From Chloroflexota bacterium (GTDB lineage: Bacteria; Chloroflexota; Chloroflexia; QHBQ01), in the NCBI GenBank assembly GCA_043754535.1, contig JAYUUN010000090.1:1-64000 (forward strand): a DNA stretch of 64,000 bases, written 5' to 3'. Below are positions 59,106 through 64,000 of the stretch, piece by piece. Under the pieces are notes generated by a model. That model was not told where the DNA came from. It did no database searches and saw nothing but the letters and a program-made list of their open reading frames with translations. Each line of letters starts with the position of its first letter. Position 1 is the stretch's first letter. The position numbers were made by a program, and so were the translations under genes.

Positions 59106-60713
59106 TCAGCGGGTAGTTACCCTTGCCCAGTCATCGGCCTGTAGCCCCTGGGCAGTATAAGTCAGCCCCTTGACGCGGGGGTTGATCAGCGCATTGGCCT
59201 TGCCGTAGTAGAGTGGTAGCCAGCCCACCTGGTTGACCGCGATCTGCTCAGCCAGGCTGTAGAGGCGCAGCCGCTCAGCAGCGTTCGTCTCTACATCGGC
59301 CCTATCCACCAGACCGTCAAACTGCGGGTTGCTAAAATGCCCATTATTGTTGCCTACGCCACTGCGTAGCTGCTGCGAGAGGAAGTTTTGCGGGTCGGGA
59401 TAGTCGGCAGACCAGACGCTGAGATAGATTTGCAGGGGGCTGCTCTGGGGGTCACTGGTCAAGGCGTTGAGATTGTTGTTGAAGCTGGTCAGCCCCGTAC
59501 TGTCCACCTGCACCTTCAGGCCCAGATTGCTCTCCCAGGTCTGTTGCAGGTAGTTAGCTACCTTCAGGTAGCTGGCATCCTGGTCGTTGATCGTCAGGCG
59601 AATAGTATCGCCCGCCTTCACCCCTGCTGCCGTCAGCAGGCTACGGGCGGTAACGAGATCGAAGGGCAGCTTCTGGATTGCGGAGTTGTAGCCGGGCATC
59701 CCTGGGGGGATGATCGTGTCGGCAGCGATCACCAGCCCGCTGAGGATGTTGCCAGCTAGCGTTTGCTTACCCACTGCCTGGGCGAGAGCCTGCCGCACCC
59801 CTGCATTGTCGAAGGGGGCGCGGCTGTTGTTGAAGCCCAGGTAGGTGACGTTGAACTGGCTGGCCTGGAGGTAGCCATCGAGCTTGCTGGCCGCGTCCAC
59901 GTCGTTAGGGTCGAAGGCTATCGTCCCCATCACGTCCAATCGGTCGGCCTGGTAATCGGCGAAAGCAGTGTGGGCGGCAGGGTAGAAGATGAGATCGATC
60001 TCGTCTAGGCCCGGCTTGCCAAAGCTGTAGTAAGGGTTAGGCTTCAGCACCAGACGGTTGCTGTCGGTAGTCACCGCCCGCACGAAAGGGCCAATCCCGA
60101 AGGCCCGCGCTTGCCAGTTGCCGCCCTGCTCTACCAGCTTGCGGGGGACGACCGAGGAGGTAGCATAACTTAGCTGATAGAGGAAGTAGCTAGCCGGATG
60201 GTCGAGGCTGATTTGCAAAGTGCCGTCGTCAACCACCTTAATCCCGCTCACCGTCGTGCTACTACCCGTGCTAACTGCCTTGCTACCAGTGATATTGCCC
60301 AGGTAATAACCAGCATTGCCCCCACTCTTGTCCAGGATGAAGGCGCGGTTGAGGCTATAGGCAAAGTCGCCAGCGACTACTGGCGAACCATCGGCGAACT
60401 TCAAGCCGGGGCGCAGGTAGAAGGTGTAGACCATACCATTGCTGCTCAGCTCCCAGCGTTCAGCCCCGAAGGGCCGCACGTTCAAGCGGCTGTCGAGTCG
60501 TACCAGCCCGCCGAAGATCAGGCTGTTGATCATAGTTTGCTGGCTGTTACCCGCCAGTGGTGGATCAACATCGGGGGGGGCTAGCATACCCTCAATTGAC
60601 CAGCGCAGCACTTGTGGCCCCGCTGCTGGGTTGTCGGGGGCGGCACCGCAGGCTGTCAGCAAGGGGCAGAGCAAGGCTAGAGCTAGCAGCAGAGTTGGCA
60701 AACGGCGGGACAT
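59106..60713 (-). CDS. Peptide ABC transporter substrate-binding lipoprotein (family 5)
   Basis: Lipobox LTAC; YTFYLR..KFADG, GPF, PFDN..VRQA, WSADYPDP. Confidence 0.9.
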   Translation of the reverse strand: MSRRLPTLLLALALLCPLLTACGAAPDNPAAGPQVLRWSIEGMLAPPDVDPPLAGNSQQTMINSLIFGGLVRLDSRLNVRPFGAERWELSSNGMVYTFYLRPGLKFADGSPVVAGDFAYSLNRAFILDKSGGNAGYYLGNITGSKAVSTGSSTTVSGIKVVDDGTLQISLDHPASYFLYQLSYATSSVVPRKLVEQGGNWQARAFGIGPFVRAVTTDSNRLVLKPNPYYSFGKPGLDEIDLIFYPAAHTAFADYQADRLDVMGTIAFDPNDVDAASKLDGYLQASQFNVTYLGFNNSRAPFDNAGVRQALAQAVGKQTLAGNILSGLVIAADTIIPPGMPGYNSAIQKLPFDLVTARSLLTAAGVKAGDTIRLTINDQDASYLKVANYLQQTWESNLGLKVQVDSTGLTSFNNNLNALTSDPQSSPLQIYLSVWSADYPDPQNFLSQQLRSGVGNNNGHFSNPQFDGLVDRADVETNAAERLRLYSLAEQIAVNQVGWLPLYYGKANALINPRVKGLTYTAQGLQADDWARVTTR

Positions 60714-60873
60714 AAGTTCTCCTCCAGTAGCAAAACAGTTTTCGCAGCTCATTATAGCACATCCAGGGGCTAAGTCTAACGGCTTTCTAGCACGCCGTTA
60801 ACGCGAAGCTATTGCTGATGGCGTAAAGTAGCAGCATGAAGTACTACCAGACACAGCCGAAAGGGAACAGAGC

Positions 60874-61881
60874 ATGACAATCTACCAGCCAGACTTCAGC
60901 ATCCAGCGCAATACTACGCCAGTCAGCAAGCAGGCGGACACTGTGACCGCTGCCCAGGAGCTTGGCCCCGCCGTCGTCACTGTGGTGACCACACGAGAGG
61001 GCGAAGTACGCAACTGGCGGGGCGGCCCGCGCCAGGGGGTGGGCAGCGGGGTGATCTTCGACCAGGCAGGCTACATCTTGACCAACGCCCACGTCGCGGG
61101 CGACAGCAGCAAAATAGAGGTGATCTTTGCAAAGGGCAGCCGCAAGGTGCCAGCCGAACTGATCGGCCTCGACCACGAGAGCGACGTAGCGGTGCTGAAG
61201 GTGGGCGGCTCCCTACCCGCAGTGGCGGCCCTGGGCGACAGCAACAAGCTGCTACCCGGCCAGCCGGTAATCGCCATCGGCTCCGCCCTCGGCAGCTACC
61301 GTAATAGCGTCACTGCTGGCGTAGTCAGCGCACTCAGTCGCCGCTTGGGCGGCATCAGTGCGCCGCTAATCCAGACCGACGCAGCGATCAACCAGGGCAA
61401 CAGTGGGGGGCCGCTAGCTGACCTTTACGGCCAGGTAATCGGCATCAACACGGCAGTAGTACGTGGCTCAGGCTACGGGCTGGCAGAGGGGCTGGGCTTC
61501 GCCATCCCGATCAACACCGCCATCGCCATCGCCACCCAACTGATCCGCGAGGGCCGCGTTTCTTATCCCTACCTCGGCATCCAATACCAGGAGCTAACCC
61601 CCGACCTTGCCGCCTACTACAGCCTGCAAGTGCAGAATGGTGCCTTCATCCAGGAGGTGACGGCGGATGGCCCAGCAGGGCTGGCAGGTCTACAAAAGGG
61701 GGATGTGGTAGTTAGCCTGGGCAGACAGGAGGTCGAGGAAGACAACCCACTGATCAACCTGCTGACCAACTACCGGGTGGGCGACGAAATTGCACTGACA
61801 GTAGTGCGTGGCGAGCAGCGGCTAACCCTCAGCCTCAAGCTCGGTCAGCGGCCCCCACAGCCGCAGCCGCCACAGCGGTAG
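60874..61881 (+). CDS. HtrA/DegP-family serine protease (trypsin + PDZ)
   Basis: TNAHV, DVAV, IQTDAAINQGNSGGP, PDZ. Confidence 0.92.
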   Translation: MTIYQPDFSIQRNTTPVSKQADTVTAAQELGPAVVTVVTTREGEVRNWRGGPRQGVGSGVIFDQAGYILTNAHVAGDSSKIEVIFAKGSRKVPAELIGLDHESDVAVLKVGGSLPAVAALGDSNKLLPGQPVIAIGSALGSYRNSVTAGVVSALSRRLGGISAPLIQTDAAINQGNSGGPLADLYGQVIGINTAVVRGSGYGLAEGLGFAIPINTAIAIATQLIREGRVSYPYLGIQYQELTPDLAAYYSLQVQNGAFIQEVTADGPAGLAGLQKGDVVVSLGRQEVEEDNPLINLLTNYRVGDEIALTVVRGEQRLTLSLKLGQRPPQPQPPQR

Positions 61882-61894
61882 AGTGGGGAGAAAG

Positions 61895-61932
61895 AGGAGG
61901 CGGGGCCGCAAGGTGCTGCTTCCTCCTACTTT
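61895..61932. terminator. Possible terminator hairpin
   Basis: aggaggcggggcc-gcaa-ggtgctgcttcct between convergent genes. Confidence 0.45.
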
Positions 61933-61941
61933 GTCGCTCGC

Positions 61942-62865
61942 TTAACCCTTGCCGAAGTTCTTGCTCACAAAGTCGGCTCCTGATCCATTGTCGGTCAGGT
62001 CGTCAAGGTTGACAACGCGGCTGCGGGCGAAGGATTGTTGCAGCAGGCGGTTGTAGCCACTGCTGTCACCCGCCTGCAAGGCCGCCACCATGCGCTCAAA
62101 GTCAGTGGCGGCTAGCGGCCAGGTGACAGCGAAGTGGCCGCCTGCCACCCGCAGCGTGGTGCTAACTCGCAGAATATCAGCGGTAGGATAGTAGGCACGT
62201 AGGGCAGCCCAGCCGTCGAGCAGTTGTTGCAGTTGCGCCCGGTCGAGGTTGAGCGAGGCGCGGGGCATCACCACCTCGGCAGCACCATCCGCCGCCACTA
62301 CGCCGCTGACCAGGTAGCCGCGCTCGGCCAATCGGTTGCGGATCGCGGCCACGTTGGGCTGGAAGAAGGCGTTAACTTCGCTCACTGCCAGCACCTCCGC
62401 GCCAAGCATCATCTTCAGCTTGCCGTCGAAAACTTGCATTTGGGTAGCAACCACCAGCGCGTTCCAGGCTGCGCCCCGGTTGGGGTTCGCCAGCATTGCT
62501 GTCCAGGCAGCAGTCGGCAACAGGCAGATCACCGTGTAGCGGCTATCATAGACCAGTTGCACGTTCAGGCGGGCGGGGGCGTAGACCAACGCAAGGGTGG
62601 CAAAGGCACGGTAGAGTTGGGTGGAGACTGCCACTGAGGTGAAGCTGCGGTCGGCGATCTTCAACTGCACCACCCCAGTCAAGCTGCCATCTGGCTCGAC
62701 CAATAGGCTACTATCATTGACGCTGTAGCCATAGGCTGCCAGTTGGCTCCGCACCTGCTCACTGGCAGCCTGCGTGGTCTGCGCTGCGGCGGGCGCAGGG
62801 AGCAACAGCAGGACTAGCACCAGGCTAAGGTGGAAGCGGCTCATCTTCAGTTTGGGCTGGCACAT
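61942..62865 (-). CDS. Secreted hypothetical protein with internal duplication
   Basis: Signal peptide (AAA|Q); two repeats VRSQLAAYGYSV / IRNRLAERGYLV. Confidence 0.65.
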   Translation of the reverse strand: MCQPKLKMSRFHLSLVLVLLLLPAPAAAQTTQAASEQVRSQLAAYGYSVNDSSLLVEPDGSLTGVVQLKIADRSFTSVAVSTQLYRAFATLALVYAPARLNVQLVYDSRYTVICLLPTAAWTAMLANPNRGAAWNALVVATQMQVFDGKLKMMLGAEVLAVSEVNAFFQPNVAAIRNRLAERGYLVSGVVAADGAAEVVMPRASLNLDRAQLQQLLDGWAALRAYYPTADILRVSTTLRVAGGHFAVTWPLAATDFERMVAALQAGDSSGYNRLLQQSFARSRVVNLDDLTDNGSGADFVSKNFGKG

Positions 62866-62912
62866 AGCAGACCTCGTGGGCGAATCGGCCCGCCCTGATT
62901 ATATCACGTCGG

Positions 62913-63689
62913 CTAGATCAACCGCTCGGCCACCTGCAAGACGATCCCCTGCTCCGCAGCCATCTCCAACAGCCCTGCGTGCAACGCGCCTGCCAAACTC
63001 TCTAGCTGGGCTATGTCGGTCAGGTCGCCGCTCTCGAATATGCTGACGAACGCAGCATAGCCTTCGGGTTGCAGCGGCAGGGTTAGCGACAGAGGCACCG
63101 CTCTGGCCCGGCTGGGGTAGTAAACCCTATTTGCCAGGCCAACGATCCGCACGGCATCCCAGACTAGCGTCCAGGCTGCCCAGCGGCTGAAGTTGTCATC
63201 GCCACGCAACCTCGCGTTGCGAAACTTGGCCCAGTGTTCGAGGTACTCGCCGACGATAGCCTCGCGCAGAGCTTCGGTCAACACCTCCACTGGGATGTTG
63301 GCCGCGATCTCCTCAAGGTACAACCAGTAGCCGGTCGGGTCGTAGAGCGGCAGTACGCCGATGAACTGCCCACCCCGGAGCGGCCAATCAATATCCACCT
63401 CATAGACCTTTGCCAACAGGTCGTCGGGGGTGACGAAGTTGACTTCGTTCTTCCAGCCCTCGAAGTAGTATTCTAGATTGCGCGGCTCTACCGCCTCGTG
63501 CAGAACGACGACGATCTCCAGGTCAGAGTACGGCTCATCGGTCTCGCGGGCGGTAGAACCATAGACCCCGACGGCGATCACGTTCGCCCCGTGTCGCTCC
63601 ACCACGTTCTGCGTAATGGCGTGGGCGCGGGCAATACGTTGCTCGTGGCTTGCAGTAGCTGGGAAGTCAGAAGGGAGAGTGTTCATCAT
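62913..63689 (-). CDS. Kanamycin nucleotidyltransferase ANT(4')-I-like protein
   Basis: GVYGSTARETDEPYSDLE, DWPL..GQF, YDPTG, EHWAKFRN. Confidence 0.8.
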   Translation of the reverse strand: MMNTLPSDFPATASHEQRIARAHAITQNVVERHGANVIAVGVYGSTARETDEPYSDLEIVVVLHEAVEPRNLEYYFEGWKNEVNFVTPDDLLAKVYEVDIDWPLRGGQFIGVLPLYDPTGYWLYLEEIAANIPVEVLTEALREAIVGEYLEHWAKFRNARLRGDDNFSRWAAWTLVWDAVRIVGLANRVYYPSRARAVPLSLTLPLQPEGYAAFVSIFESGDLTDIAQLESLAGALHAGLLEMAAEQGIVLQVAERLI

Positions 63690-64000
63690 GCTCCTTCGCC
63701 AGCCAGTGCTGGATCGCCGCCACAAACTCAGCCTCATGCTCGAACGAGTTGGCAGCCACCAGCGGCCAGAGTGGGCGGCCCCCTGCCCAGGCGAAGTAGG
63801 CCGGATCGGTAAGGGCGGCAGCGGGCAGGGCGCGCACTGCCGCCAGGGCTGCCAGGTAAGCAGCCCTGTAATCGGCCAGCACTTCAGGCAGCGGGCGGCT
63901 CTGGTGCAGGGCATACCACTCGGCGTTCATCGCATCCATCTCAGCCCAAGTTCTACCGGGAGCGGGTAGCTCTGGCTGCTCCCCATTCAGCGCGCTGGTC
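63667..64000 (-). CDS. ClbS/DfsB (DinB-like) four-helix bundle protein, partial at window edge
   Basis: DAMNAEWY..PLPEV..LWPLVAANSFEHEAE. Confidence 0.65.
   Translation of the reverse strand, partial: TSALNGEQPELPAPGRTWAEMDAMNAEWYALHQSRPLPEVLADYRAAYLAALAAVRALPAAALTDPAYFAWAGGRPLWPLVAANSFEHEAEFVAAIQHWLAKEHDEHSPF

Noticed and set aside
1..64000. tRNA, rRNA, integrase or prophage genes
   Set aside because: None recognised by eye; tRNAscan-SE and Infernal would be needed to exclude them formally.

Overview
GC-rich bacterial chromosomal window, probably from a monoderm such as Chloroflexota (inferred from LPxTG tails, SLH domains, a T-box and protein families). Bases ~1-27.6 kb form a decaying accessory region. 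It holds a type IIG R-M remnant, ssb, IS701 and IS630 remnants, two Zn-ribbon-TPR paralogues (one broken), xylB with a truncated sugar ABC ATPase, and a large copper/envelope island. The island carries a P1B ATPase, copZ, a csoR stub, a Spy-like protein, SH3-NlpC/P60, rhodanese, TlpA, a BNR propeller, a multicopper oxidase fragment, three DUF305/CopM-like copies (two with LPxTG tails), and a BlaI-type repressor with a broken M56 sensor. A secreted metzincin-like gene with a TIMP/NTR-like partner follows. Bases ~27.7-64 kb look like mostly intact chromosome: DUF2652, a GT4 + two GT-C cluster followed by an orphan cas6, a Thr T-box with thrB-thrC, an ABC exporter, a probable pseudokinase, maf, tgt-like, macro and NYN domains, a non-catalytic PGRP-SLH protein, PLD, a peptide-binding protein, htrA and an ANT(4')-like nucleotidyltransferase. 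The best candidates for undescribed biology are a BlaI/M56-controlled copper-envelope regulon with a recurrent 18-bp operator, the metzincin/TIMP-like pair, and the orphan cas6 with two CRISPR-sized repeat-spacer-repeat units elsewhere in the window. All calls come from motif recognition by eye; no database searches were run.
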